Source of the DNA: Clostridia bacterium | GTDB lineage: Bacteria; Bacillota; Clostridia; Oscillospirales; CAG-272 | DNA: 45,907 bases | Assembly: GCA_017457465.1 (NCBI GenBank) | Contig: JAFTHJ010000048.1 | Span: 1-45,907, forward strand | Direction: 5' to 3' | Notes under the pieces: model-generated | Databases searched by the model: none | What the model was told of the DNA's origin: nothing | What the model saw: only the letters and a program-made list of their open reading frames with translations | Part shown: positions 25,396 to 34,139 of the stretch, in pieces | Position numbering within the stretch: position 1 is the first letter of the stretch | How the letters are laid out: each line of letters starts with the position of its first letter | Program-made: the position numbers and the translations under genes

Positions 25396-25411
25396 AAATT
25401 TGTATTTATAC

Positions 25412-26782
25412 CTATCTGTCCGCAAGGGAAATATAATCTCTCCTCGGAGCGACCGCCTTATACGCGGGGCGGATTATCTTATTGCCGTTTATAAGCTCCT
25501 CCATACGGTGAGCGCCCCAGCCCGCCACTCTTGCTATCGCAAACAGAGGGGTGAACAGCTCGTCGGGGATACCCAGCATCTGATAAACAAGTCCGCTGAA
25601 AAAGTCAATATTCGCGCTGACACCCTTATACATCTTCTTTCTCTCGGATATCACCTCGGGAGCGAGTTTTTCTATCTTGCTGTAGAGCATAAGCTCCCTC
25701 TCCATTCCCTTCTCACCCGCAAGTGCGGAGAGGTACTGCTCAAGCACCTCGGCTCTCGGGTCGGAAACAGAATATATCGCGTGACCGATACCGTAGATAA
25801 GTCCCGCGCGGTCAAATGCTTCCTTGTTCAGGAGCTTGATAAGATACGCCCTTATCTCGTCGTCATCCTCCCAGTCGCGAATATGCGATTTGATATCCTC
25901 AAACATTCCGCTGACCTTTATGTTAGATCCGCCGTGCTTCGGCCCCTTAAGTGAGCAGAGAGCCGCGGCTATCGCCGAATAGGTGTCTGTACCCGACGAG
26001 GTGACCACGTGGGTGGTGAAGCTCAAATTGTTTCCTCCGCCGTGCTCGGCGTGAAGAATAAGCGCGATATCAAGCACGTGCGCCTCTGTCTCTGTGTATT
26101 TCTTGTCGGGACGAAGCATCATCAGTATATTCTCCGCCGTTGAGAGAGCGGGGTCGGGGTCGTGGATAAAGAAGCTGTTATGCCCCTTGTTGTAATAATT
26201 GTTTGCCTGATACGCGTAGATAGAAAGCATAGGCATAGTGGCGATAAGCTGGAGATTCTGACGCAGAACGTTCTCAAGGCTCAAATCCTCGGCGTTCGTG
26301 TCGTAGGAATACATCGTCAGCACACTTCTCGCAAGTGAGTTCATTATGTTAGCGCTCGGCGCTTTCATTATCACGTCTCTCGTAAAGGAGTTCGGGAGCG
26401 AACGGTATTCCCCAAGCAGCCGCTTGAAGTCGGTAAGCTGCTCTGCCGTGGGAAGATTGCCCAGAAGCAACAGATAGGCTATCTCCTCAAAGCCGAATCT
26501 GCCATCGTCAGCGATTCCCCCCACAAGCTTTTTTACGTCATACCCCCTGTAATAAAGCTCACCTCTGCAAGGCACCGCCTCACCGTCAATAATCTCCTTT
26601 GCCTTGACCTCGGATATCTCGGTAAGCCCCGTGAGCACTCCGTTTCCGTTGAGGTCGCGAAGTCCTCTGTTAACCTCGTATTTCTGATAGAGCGACGGCT
26701 CTATAATATTATTTTTAATACATCTTTCGGTGTATTCTCTTATCTGCGGAGTTATTGCAGAATAATTCTTCTTTTCGCTCAT
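25412..26782 (-). CDS. citrate synthase
   Basis: 456 aa from the internal ATG (MSEKKNYSAITPQIREYTE...). Active-site region LHAEHGGGNNLSFTTHVVTSSGTD and LKGPKHGGSN. Confidence 0.9.
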   Translation of the reverse strand: MSEKKNYSAITPQIREYTERCIKNNIIEPSLYQKYEVNRGLRDLNGNGVLTGLTEISEVKAKEIIDGEAVPCRGELYYRGYDVKKLVGGIADDGRFGFEEIAYLLLLGNLPTAEQLTDFKRLLGEYRSLPNSFTRDVIMKAPSANIMNSLARSVLTMYSYDTNAEDLSLENVLRQNLQLIATMPMLSIYAYQANNYYNKGHNSFFIHDPDPALSTAENILMMLRPDKKYTETEAHVLDIALILHAEHGGGNNLSFTTHVVTSSGTDTYSAIAAALCSLKGPKHGGSNIKVSGMFEDIKSHIRDWEDDDEIRAYLIKLLNKEAFDRAGLIYGIGHAIYSVSDPRAEVLEQYLSALAGEKGMERELMLYSKIEKLAPEVISERKKMYKGVSANIDFFSGLVYQMLGIPDELFTPLFAIARVAGWGAHRMEELINGNKIIRPAYKAVAPRRDYISLADR

Positions 26783-26966
26783 TTCATACCCTGTCCTTTT
26801 GAGTTTTTTTGTATACAAAATTATACCGTCCGCGCCGCTTGATTTTTGGCGAAACCTGTAACTGTTGAAAATTTTTTATATTACTCTCTAATTTTACCAT
26901 ATTATTCTCTGTTTTTCAAGAAAATTCTTTTTGAAGTAAGCGTGACCTTATTTTTAACAAGCCTCA

Positions 26967-26995
26967 TTGACAGTGAACAGGTCGGATGATATAAT
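26967..26995 (+). promoter_or_regulatory. consensus sigma-A promoter placed for a leaderless SDR transcript
   Basis: TTGACA (26967-26972), 17 nt, TATAAT (26990-26995). The ATG at 27002 begins 7 nt after the -10 element and there is no SD sequence. Confidence 0.6.
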
Positions 26996-27001
26996 AAACC
27001 T

Positions 27002-27871
27002 ATGAAAACTTCAAAATGGATAGAAAAAAACACATCTTCTCTTGTGGGAAAAACCGTCGCCATAAGCGGCGCTACGGGGGGAATCGGCAAGGAGCTGTGC
27101 CGTCATCTGGCGGCGCTTGGGGCGTCTCTGGTTCTGCTTGACAGAAATCCCGAGAAATCTCTCGCCCTGAAAAACGAATTGCAAAAGGACTTCCCCGCCC
27201 TCAATGTGAAAAATATCACCCTCGACCTTGAGGATATCGACTCGGTAAGGTCGGCGACAGACCGCTTGACAGAAGATACGCCCGACGCGCTCATTCTGAA
27301 CGCGGGAGCATATCATATTCCCCGCCATAAATGCTCCACGGGGTTTGATAACATATTTCAAATAAATTTCGTCTCACCGTATTATCTGGCGAGACGGCTT
27401 CTCCCGAAAATCCGTGAGCGGGGCGGCAGGATAGTCGCCGTGGGAAGCATAGCGCACACCTATTCGAAAGCGGATTTTTCGGATATAGATTTCTCGGGGG
27501 TATCCAAATCAAGCAAGGCTTACGGTAACGCAAAGCGGTATCTTGTGTTCTCTCTTTTCGGTCTCGGGGACTACGGCAAAACGGTCGTTGTGACACACCC
27601 CGGAATAACCTTTACAAACATCACCGCGCATTATCCAAAGCCTATATTCGCAGTCATTAAGTACCCCATGAAGATCATATTTATGAAGCCAAAACGCGCT
27701 TGTTTGAGCATCCTTTACGGTCTTTTTGAGGACTGCGGCAAAAATGAGTGGATTGGCCCGAGAATATTTAACATATGGGGTTTGCCACGCCGTCAAAGAC
27801 TTAAAAGCTGCTCCGACGCCGAAGCCGCGCAAATTTGCGCAACCGCCGAAAGGATATATGAGGATAGATAA
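27002..27871 (+). CDS. SDR-family oxidoreductase
   Basis: Rossmann motif VAISGATGGIGKEL, NAG, and a YGNAK catalytic Tyr-x3-Lys. Confidence 0.85.
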   Translation: MKTSKWIEKNTSSLVGKTVAISGATGGIGKELCRHLAALGASLVLLDRNPEKSLALKNELQKDFPALNVKNITLDLEDIDSVRSATDRLTEDTPDALILNAGAYHIPRHKCSTGFDNIFQINFVSPYYLARRLLPKIRERGGRIVAVGSIAHTYSKADFSDIDFSGVSKSSKAYGNAKRYLVFSLFGLGDYGKTVVVTHPGITFTNITAHYPKPIFAVIKYPMKIIFMKPKRACLSILYGLFEDCGKNEWIGPRIFNIWGLPRRQRLKSCSDAEAAQICATAERIYEDR

Positions 27872-27896
27872 CGCGGGAGGGGTACCCCTCCCGCGT
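27871..27896. terminator. GC-rich hairpin terminator
   Basis: ACGCGGGAGGGG ta CCCCTCCCGCGT, followed by a T-rich tract. Confidence 0.7.
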
Positions 27897-27953
27897 ATTA
27901 CTTTTGTTTTTTATCGTGAAAAACAGAGAAATTATCGCTTTGAAATATTAAAA

Positions 27954-30197
27954 TCAGCCGCTCATCTCTATTTTGTTATACTTTATCCCCATCGTATCAC
28001 AAAGCGCCGCCTCTCTTTGGTGGCAGGAGAAAAGTAAGCACTGATTGCCCTCGGAGACAAATTTATCTATCAGCTCAAGGACGCCGCAGGCGCGGGTATC
28101 GTCAAGCTGGGAGAGCGTTTCATCCATAAAGAACGGAACCGTCCCTTGGAAAATCTGCCCGATAAGCGCGAGTCGCAGAGAAATATAAACAGCGTCAGCC
28201 GTACCTCCGCTCAAGTTTGCCGCCTCTCTTTGCTTACCCGAGGCATCAACGCTGACCTCCATAGCCTCGGAAAGTAAAACCTTTGAATATTTTCCGTCGC
28301 TGATAGCGCCCAGATATTCTCCCGCGCTCTCCCTGACCTTCGGAGCAAAATTGCTCTTCATATTATCATAGGCCTCCTTAACCGCAGAATACGCCAAATC
28401 AAGCTCGGCAAATCTCTCGTTATACTCGCCTATCTTATCGGTATATTCATCGATATTCCTCTGAATGTCCGCAAGTTCTTCCTCGCAATCCTTTTGCGAG
28501 AGAATCTTCGCCTTTACCTCTGTAAATTCCGCGTTTGCCTTATCGTATTCGGCACTCGCCCTCTCCGCGTCAAGCTCTGCCTCCGACTCGTTGATATATT
28601 CATTCCCCGAGATTCCGCTCGGCAGAGAGCCTCGGAGTGCTTCCTCGTCATACTCCGAGAGCAGCTTTTCCTCTCTTTCGGCTATTCCCGAATTCCGATT
28701 TATTCTGTCATTCAAGCTCTTCTTTTTTTCCAGATATTCTTCAATGTCACCTGTAAGCTCGGAGAGGCGCTCAATAAAACTGCCGCCTGTTCTGCCGTAT
28801 CTCTCAAGCCTCTGCTCTATCTCATTTTTTGCCAGAGTCATCGCTGCCTGTGCCGCAGATTCTTTCTCCTTGGCTCCCTCGACTCTGTTCTTCTCTCGCT
28901 CGTATATATCCAACTGCTCAAAGCAGTGTCCGATAAAGGCTTCATATCCGCTCTTGTCCGTTCCGAGCGAATGAAGCTCTTTTTCTGTCTCACCGCTTTC
29001 CTTTGACGCCATAACAAGCATCAAAGCAGCCAAAACCGCAAAGGCTCCCGCCGCGGCGAACAAGAGGGGCAATACTATTCCGACTGCCGCTAAAATCAGA
29101 GTAACAACAACAGACGCAATACCAAAAAGCTTCTTTTTAGCGGCGTTTCCGAGCTTTTCTCCGATTCTCGCGCAGAACGCCTCCGCGCTCTCGCGCTCGG
29201 AGATTTTTCTTGCGACATCCGCTGCCCTCACGTCCGCTTCAAAGGTCTGCTTCGCCGTATTGAGACAGGCGTTGTATTCCTCGGTTCTTTTCGTAAGAGT
29301 CCCGTCGAGGAAGTTCAGCTCGGCGAGAGCCTTCTCGTCAGGCTCGATTCCGCCGAAATCCGAGGAATCCTTGAGCGCCTCAAGCGCCCTTTTGTCCTCT
29401 TCTATACTCTCCTTGAGCTTTTTCAGCTCACCTATCCGAAGAAGAACTCTCACAGTCGCCGCCGCTTTTCTGATATCCTTCGCGCGATTCATTTTATCCT
29501 TGGCTTGTTCCACCCTCTCGCCAAGCTCTATGCTCTTTATTTTAAGTCCGACAAGCTCGTCGGCTTTTTTCTGAAGCGCCGCCGCGTCAAGCTCGGCATC
29601 AGCCCGCGCCTGTTCGGCATCATATATAAGTCCACCGTTTCCTCTCTCGTATCTGTATTGCTTTCTCGCTTCCCTTATCACCTTAAGCACAGCTTCTCCG
29701 TTGACACTTTCGTCAGCGGTAAGCGAGAGATTTGAGAGTGTTTCGGAAACACCCGCTCCGTTTATCGAGGAAACTCTGGTCTGTCCGCACCAGACACAGC
29801 TCTCAAAGGCTTCTCTTGAAAGTCCGAGGAAAAATACCCCGACCTCCTCCTGTGTCTCTATCCTCTTTCCCGTATCAAGCTCGGTTATAACCGCCTCGGA
29901 ACTCAACGAGCGCCTGACGTTTGCCCTTTCTATTCTGTACTTCCGTCCGCCGTGCTCGATTTCCATACTTCCCTCGGCACGCGCACCCGACCAGCTCAAG
30001 GACTTGTCCTTATCGTTATTCTTCGATGATTTTCTCACAAGCCCATATAGCATATACGTTATAAATAGCAGAACCGTACTTTTTCCCGCCTCGTTGTCGC
30101 CTCTTATGATATTGAAGCCGCCCGAAAAGTCCATACTGAAATCCTTCAGTCCTCCGAACTCGGTTATGCTTATTGAGAGTATCTTCATTTCTGTCAT
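27954..30197 (-). CDS. SbcC/Rad50-like AAA ATPase with central membrane hairpin (YhaN-like)
   Basis: 747 aa. Walker A GDNEAGKST, long coiled-coil segments, two mid-protein hydrophobic helices (FGIASVVVTLILAAVGIVLPLLFAAAGAFAVLAALMLVMA), signature LSGGT and Walker B FFMDETLSQLD. Its ATG overlaps the upstream TGA. Confidence 0.75.
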   Translation of the reverse strand: MTEMKILSISITEFGGLKDFSMDFSGGFNIIRGDNEAGKSTVLLFITYMLYGLVRKSSKNNDKDKSLSWSGARAEGSMEIEHGGRKYRIERANVRRSLSSEAVITELDTGKRIETQEEVGVFFLGLSREAFESCVWCGQTRVSSINGAGVSETLSNLSLTADESVNGEAVLKVIREARKQYRYERGNGGLIYDAEQARADAELDAAALQKKADELVGLKIKSIELGERVEQAKDKMNRAKDIRKAAATVRVLLRIGELKKLKESIEEDKRALEALKDSSDFGGIEPDEKALAELNFLDGTLTKRTEEYNACLNTAKQTFEADVRAADVARKISERESAEAFCARIGEKLGNAAKKKLFGIASVVVTLILAAVGIVLPLLFAAAGAFAVLAALMLVMASKESGETEKELHSLGTDKSGYEAFIGHCFEQLDIYEREKNRVEGAKEKESAAQAAMTLAKNEIEQRLERYGRTGGSFIERLSELTGDIEEYLEKKKSLNDRINRNSGIAEREEKLLSEYDEEALRGSLPSGISGNEYINESEAELDAERASAEYDKANAEFTEVKAKILSQKDCEEELADIQRNIDEYTDKIGEYNERFAELDLAYSAVKEAYDNMKSNFAPKVRESAGEYLGAISDGKYSKVLLSEAMEVSVDASGKQREAANLSGGTADAVYISLRLALIGQIFQGTVPFFMDETLSQLDDTRACGVLELIDKFVSEGNQCLLFSCHQREAALCDTMGIKYNKIEMSG

Positions 30198-31306
30198 TTT
30201 ATCTCCCTCCCCTCAATCGCAAGTAACGCGGCTCGGAGCGCCCCCACCGCTATACGCCGCCGCTCTGTGTCGGCGCACTCAAGTGCTGGGCGAAGAACCT
30301 TGTATATCTCTCCGCGCAAAGTGTAGTCGTTCTCAAGAGCCTCGGTGTCTATACGCGGCAGAGTTTTATCCTCCGCCTCGGCATAGATAAACCTTTGCGA
30401 GAGCAGTGTTCTGACCATATTCATATCGGGCGAGAAGCTGAAATCCGTCTCTCCGACAAGAGTCAGCCGCAAAGCGGTGTTTCTGCCAAAATTGCGTGAG
30501 GCGATATATTTCTCTATCTGTCCGACAAGCGCCCTGTTATCGGCGCTCGACGATATATCGAGTGTCTCCGAGAGATAAAGCGTCTCTCCAAAGGGAATCT
30601 TTTCAACCGAAACCTCTCCGCCCTCAACATTCACCGAAAGCGCTCCTCCCACGCCCTCCTCGTCAAAGCCGCGGCTATCGGGAAATCCGCAATACGCCAC
30701 CGTGCTTTTTCCGGCCGTAACGGGACTCATCTCCTTATGTATATGTCCGAGCGCGGCATAGTCAAATCCGCATCTCTCTATATCCGAAACGAGTATCGGA
30801 GCGTAACGCGACATAGGGGCGCCAAGCTCGGTATGAGCGCAAAGAACGCTCACGCCGTCAAAGGGCGGAAGCTCAAAGCCGTCAAGAGGACAGGTAAAAT
30901 AGCTGTCCGAGGTAAAGGCATATCCGCAAACCTGAACGCCAAGCTCCTCAAAGGTAAAGACCTGCATCTCCTCGGAGTTAAAAACACTCACGTTCTCGGG
31001 AAGTCTGCCGTCAAAATAAAGCGCCACGCCCGAATATGCGTCGTGGTTTCCCGGGGCGATGACCACGGGACAGTTGAGCGAGGAAAGCTCCTCTATAACG
31101 CACTCCTCCGTTTCGGGACTTATATTTTTAGTGTCGAAAAGGTCACCGCAGATAAGCACCATATCAAAGCCGTTTTCCGACACGTATCTCATCATCTTCC
31201 GAAAAACCTCTCTCTGCCTCTCTCTCGCCGCCGCTCTTTTGGGATACGAAAAGCGGTGAAAGGCACTGTCAAGATGAAGGTCTCCCGTATGAAAAATCTT
31301 TATCAT
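30194..31306 (-). CDS. SbcD/Mre11-like metallophosphoesterase exonuclease (YhaO-like)
   Basis: 370 aa. Motifs: IFHTGDLHLD, GDLFD, GNHD, and a later GHIH. Confidence 0.8.
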   Translation of the reverse strand: MIKIFHTGDLHLDSAFHRFSYPKRAAARERQREVFRKMMRYVSENGFDMVLICGDLFDTKNISPETEECVIEELSSLNCPVVIAPGNHDAYSGVALYFDGRLPENVSVFNSEEMQVFTFEELGVQVCGYAFTSDSYFTCPLDGFELPPFDGVSVLCAHTELGAPMSRYAPILVSDIERCGFDYAALGHIHKEMSPVTAGKSTVAYCGFPDSRGFDEEGVGGALSVNVEGGEVSVEKIPFGETLYLSETLDISSSADNRALVGQIEKYIASRNFGRNTALRLTLVGETDFSFSPDMNMVRTLLSQRFIYAEAEDKTLPRIDTEALENDYTLRGEIYKVLRPALECADTERRRIAVGALRAALLAIEGREIK

Positions 31307-31441
31307 AGCTCACCTCTAATAAAGCTTAATTTGTCTACAACTATATTCTACCATACTTTTTTCTCTTTCGCAACAGGCAACGGCAGAACTTTTGACATAT
31401 ACTTTAAAAGAAAAATAAAAAAGAAAGGCACGGTGCTATAT

Positions 31442-32020
31442 ATGCTTATTGACGTTCCCTATAACAGAGAAAGGGCGGTCGAATACGCGCGAAGATGGGC
31501 GCTCTCCCGCAATCCCCTGTTTCTCGATTTCACAGGTCGCGGCGGCGACTGCACAAGCTTCGTCTCGCAGTGTGTGTTCGCGGGATGCGGCATTATGAAC
31601 TACACCCCAACCTTCGGGTGGTATTACATATCCTCCGTCGACAGAGCCCCCGCTTGGGCAGGAGTGGACGAGTTTTTTAATTTTGTGACCAACGCCCCCG
31701 ACTTTGCTCGGGAAAACGGCGGAACAGGACCTCGGGGCTTTGACGTGCGCAACGGACAGGATATCGCCATCGGCGATGTTATTCAACTCGCAAATGATAG
31801 CGGCGAGTTCTATCATTCGCTTATAATAAGCGGATTTACCGAGGACGATATTCTTATCTGCGCCCATTCGGACGATGCGCTCGACCGCCCTATTTCAAGC
31901 TATAATTATGCCTCCTTGAGAGTGATTCACATAGAAAAGGCAATAGCCGAGATAAACGGCGACACTCTTTTCAGAAATCTGATAGACGGAATCGCGCTCC
32001 CCATACCGCCTATGCGATAA
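31442..32020 (+). CDS. putative amidase-domain protein (Amidase_6-like)
   Basis: 192 aa. YNRERAVEYARRWA...RNP.F..F.G.GGDCTSFVSQC...G......GWYY......APAW..V..F matches the putative-amidase domain pattern. An alternative GTG start lies at 31433. The upstream part of the 427-aa track ORF is antisense to sbcD-like. Confidence 0.6.
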   Translation: MLIDVPYNRERAVEYARRWALSRNPLFLDFTGRGGDCTSFVSQCVFAGCGIMNYTPTFGWYYISSVDRAPAWAGVDEFFNFVTNAPDFARENGGTGPRGFDVRNGQDIAIGDVIQLANDSGEFYHSLIISGFTEDDILICAHSDDALDRPISSYNYASLRVIHIEKAIAEINGDTLFRNLIDGIALPIPPMR

Positions 32021-32034
32021 TTTGCGTTTGATTA

Positions 32035-32064
32035 TTGACAAATCCTCCCCCTTTGTGATAAAAT
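32035..32064 (+). promoter_or_regulatory. promoter for the HMA gene
   Basis: TTGACA (32035-32040), 18 nt, then an extended -10 TGaTAAAAT. Confidence 0.5.
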
Positions 32065-32094
32065 ATTATCAAAGAAATCAAGGGGGCAAAAATT

Positions 32095-32349
32095 ATGGTA
32101 AAAACAGTTGCGGCTATAGAAGGTATGATGTGCGGTATGTGCGAAGCGCATATGAACGACGCTATCAGAGGCGCCTTTAAGGTAAAAAAGGTTGAGTCCT
32201 CTCACTCTAAAAATCAAACCGTTATTATCTCCGAAAATCCTATCGACGAGCAAAAGCTTAAGGATGTCGTCGAGAAAACAGGTTACGTCCTTAAAGACGT
32301 AAAATCCGAACCCTATAAGAAAAAAGGCTTCCGCCTTTTCGGAAAGTAA
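32095..32349 (+). CDS. heavy-metal-associated (HMA) domain protein, CopZ-like
   Basis: 84 aa with the metal-binding motif GMMCGMCE near the N-terminus. Confidence 0.8.
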   Translation: MVKTVAAIEGMMCGMCEAHMNDAIRGAFKVKKVESSHSKNQTVIISENPIDEQKLKDVVEKTGYVLKDVKSEPYKKKGFRLFGK

Positions 32350-32356
32350 GAAATGA

Positions 32357-32405
32357 GGGGGAGTCAAGAGGAACCTTTTGAGGAAAGGTTCCTCTTGACT
32401 CCCCC
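32357..32405. repeat. 22-bp perfect-stem hairpin, member of the GGGGAAC/CTCCAAA repeat family
   Basis: GGGGGAGTCAAGAGGAACCTTT tgagg AAAGGTTCCTCTTGACTCCCCC, followed by AAACCTTTTAAAAAAG. The right half recurs at 45805-45838. Confidence 0.8.
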
Positions 32406-32465
32406 AAACCTTTTAAAAAAGTTTTAGCTTTCGATTTATTATGAATATTAACCCTCGTGGCTTTT

Positions 32466-32551
32466 TATAAAGAAAACAATCGACGGACACACTATAAACG
32501 CCTTGGCGTTTATGTGCCTACACATCGATTGTTTTTCTTTATTATATTAGC
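32466..32551. repeat. long imperfect palindrome (~86 nt)
   Basis: The outer arms pair as ATAAAGAAAACAATCGA with TCGATTGTTTT(T)CTTTAT (one unpaired T) and the inner arms as ATAAACGCC with GGCGTTTAT; an unpaired internal region lies between them. It lies in the HMA-truB spacer. Confidence 0.6.
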
Positions 32552-32606
32552 TTTGCTATAAGCGGAGTCGAGTTTCCGAGAAACATCAAGCGGTGGCTAC
32601 ACCTCA

Positions 32607-33515
32607 TCACACATCAAATAATTTTATAGCCTTTATAGCCGAGCCGTCGGGGTAATCTCGCACCTCGCCGAGGGCGAAAAAAACACCCGAGCCGTACAGA
32701 CGGACTCTCTGTCCCGTTGGGAGAGAGGCGCCTATTTTTTTCTGATAAATCTCGCAGCCGTTTCTGCAAAGTCGCTCATAGAACGCTGACAGCTCAAATG
32801 CGGGTAAGGACTCAAAGAGCGCCTCTGTGGGAATAAGGAGTCCGAAGCGTTCCTCGATACTCATCTGCTCAAGTTGAGCAATACTCACCGAATTATCTAT
32901 CGAAAATCCGCCCGCCTCGACTCGCTCAAGCGCCGCCATGGCGCCGCCGCAGCCCAGCCGCTCACCGATATCGGCGCAAAGAGTGCGGATATAAGTCCCC
33001 GACGAGCAGCTCACATCAATTGAATAAACACGGCTGTCAACGGTACTCGCGACCTCTATCGAAAAAATCTCAACCCTGCGCGGCTGACGCTCAACCGTCA
33101 CACCCTGCCTTGCGAGGTCGCACAGCTTTTTGCCGCCTACCTTAAGAGCGCTATACATCGGCGGTATCTGGTCATACTCGCCCACAAAAGAGCGACATAC
33201 CCGCTCAACCTCCTCGGCAGAGGGGATATCTGTGCTCTCGGATAGCACCGCTCCGCTCGTATCCTCGGTGTCGGTTGTGATTCCGAGCCGCAGGAGCGCC
33301 CTGTATTTCTTCGTGTCGCTCACAAGATACTCCGCCGCCTTTGCCGCCCTGCCTATCAGCACGGCGAGAACGCCCGTTGCCATAGGGTCAAGAGTTCCCG
33401 TGTGACCAACACGCGCCGTACCGTAAAGCCGTCTTATTTTATAAACTATATCGTGCGAGGTAACTCCCGTGTGCTTATTCACTATAAGTACGCCCGAGGG
33501 TTCTGTGTTACTCAT
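32607..33515 (-). CDS. truB: tRNA pseudouridine(55) synthase
   Basis: GVLIVNKHTGVTSHD........R.GHTGTLDPMATGVL, including the catalytic Asp motif. Confidence 0.93.
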   Translation of the reverse strand: MSNTEPSGVLIVNKHTGVTSHDIVYKIRRLYGTARVGHTGTLDPMATGVLAVLIGRAAKAAEYLVSDTKKYRALLRLGITTDTEDTSGAVLSESTDIPSAEEVERVCRSFVGEYDQIPPMYSALKVGGKKLCDLARQGVTVERQPRRVEIFSIEVASTVDSRVYSIDVSCSSGTYIRTLCADIGERLGCGGAMAALERVEAGGFSIDNSVSIAQLEQMSIEERFGLLIPTEALFESLPAFELSAFYERLCRNGCEIYQKKIGASLPTGQRVRLYGSGVFFALGEVRDYPDGSAIKAIKLFDV

Positions 33516-33566
33516 TTTTATATTTCAAGGGGAAAACACCTCCTCGGCTTTTCCCCTTTCCCCTTT

Positions 33567-34139
33567 TTACTTTACTATAATATCCTCAAGAGTGCGCTTC
33601 GGCGCGTGATGGACACCCTTCCCGTCACGGTAATACTTCACATTGCCGCCCTCGGCATCCTCAAGTATAACGACCTCGTCGGGCTTACCGAGCGCCAGAA
33701 CGAGCTGCGGCTCGAGCGAGGGCGCAAGTCCGAGTATCTCTCGTATTTTCTCAATACCGGCAGAGCCTATCATACATCCGCCGTATCCCGCCTCTGCAGC
33801 CGACAGCATAATTATCTCCGAGCATATTCCCACATCCTTGAGAAATATAGGCTTAAACGGAGTTATCTCGGTGTCGTGACAGACGACTATAAACGCCACA
33901 GGCCCGTGCCCCTCGGGGGGAAGCTTTATGTCGAGCGCCGCCGCCCATCTCGTGTGAGAAAGCACTGCCGACACCTCGGATTCCTCGGTAACTACTCGGT
34001 ATTTGAGAGGCTGGAGATTCATTGTCGCGGACGCGATACGCGCGTTGTCAATAAAGCCCAGAAGAACCTCCTCGGGTATCTTAACACTCGTGTCAAACGA
34101 GCGATAGCTTCTGTTTTTTCTCAAAAGCTCGTTAAGCAT
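33567..34139 (-). CDS. nitroreductase family protein
   Basis: 190 aa with the N-terminus LLRKNRSYRSFD and the size typical of the family. Confidence 0.8.
   Translation of the reverse strand: MLNELLRKNRSYRSFDTSVKIPEEVLLGFIDNARIASATMNLQPLKYRVVTEESEVSAVLSHTRWAAALDIKLPPEGHGPVAFIVVCHDTEITPFKPIFLKDVGICSEIIMLSAAEAGYGGCMIGSAGIEKIREILGLAPSLEPQLVLALGKPDEVVILEDAEGGNVKYYRDGKGVHHAPKRTLEDIIVK

Noticed and set aside
27954-31306. SMC/Rad50-type anti-phage defence system (Lamassu/Wadjet-like)
   Set aside because: The two-gene architecture, motifs and mid-protein membrane hairpin match the housekeeping YhaO/YhaN pair of Bacillus. There is no additional effector or kleisin-like partner, GC content is native, and the flanking genes are core genes.
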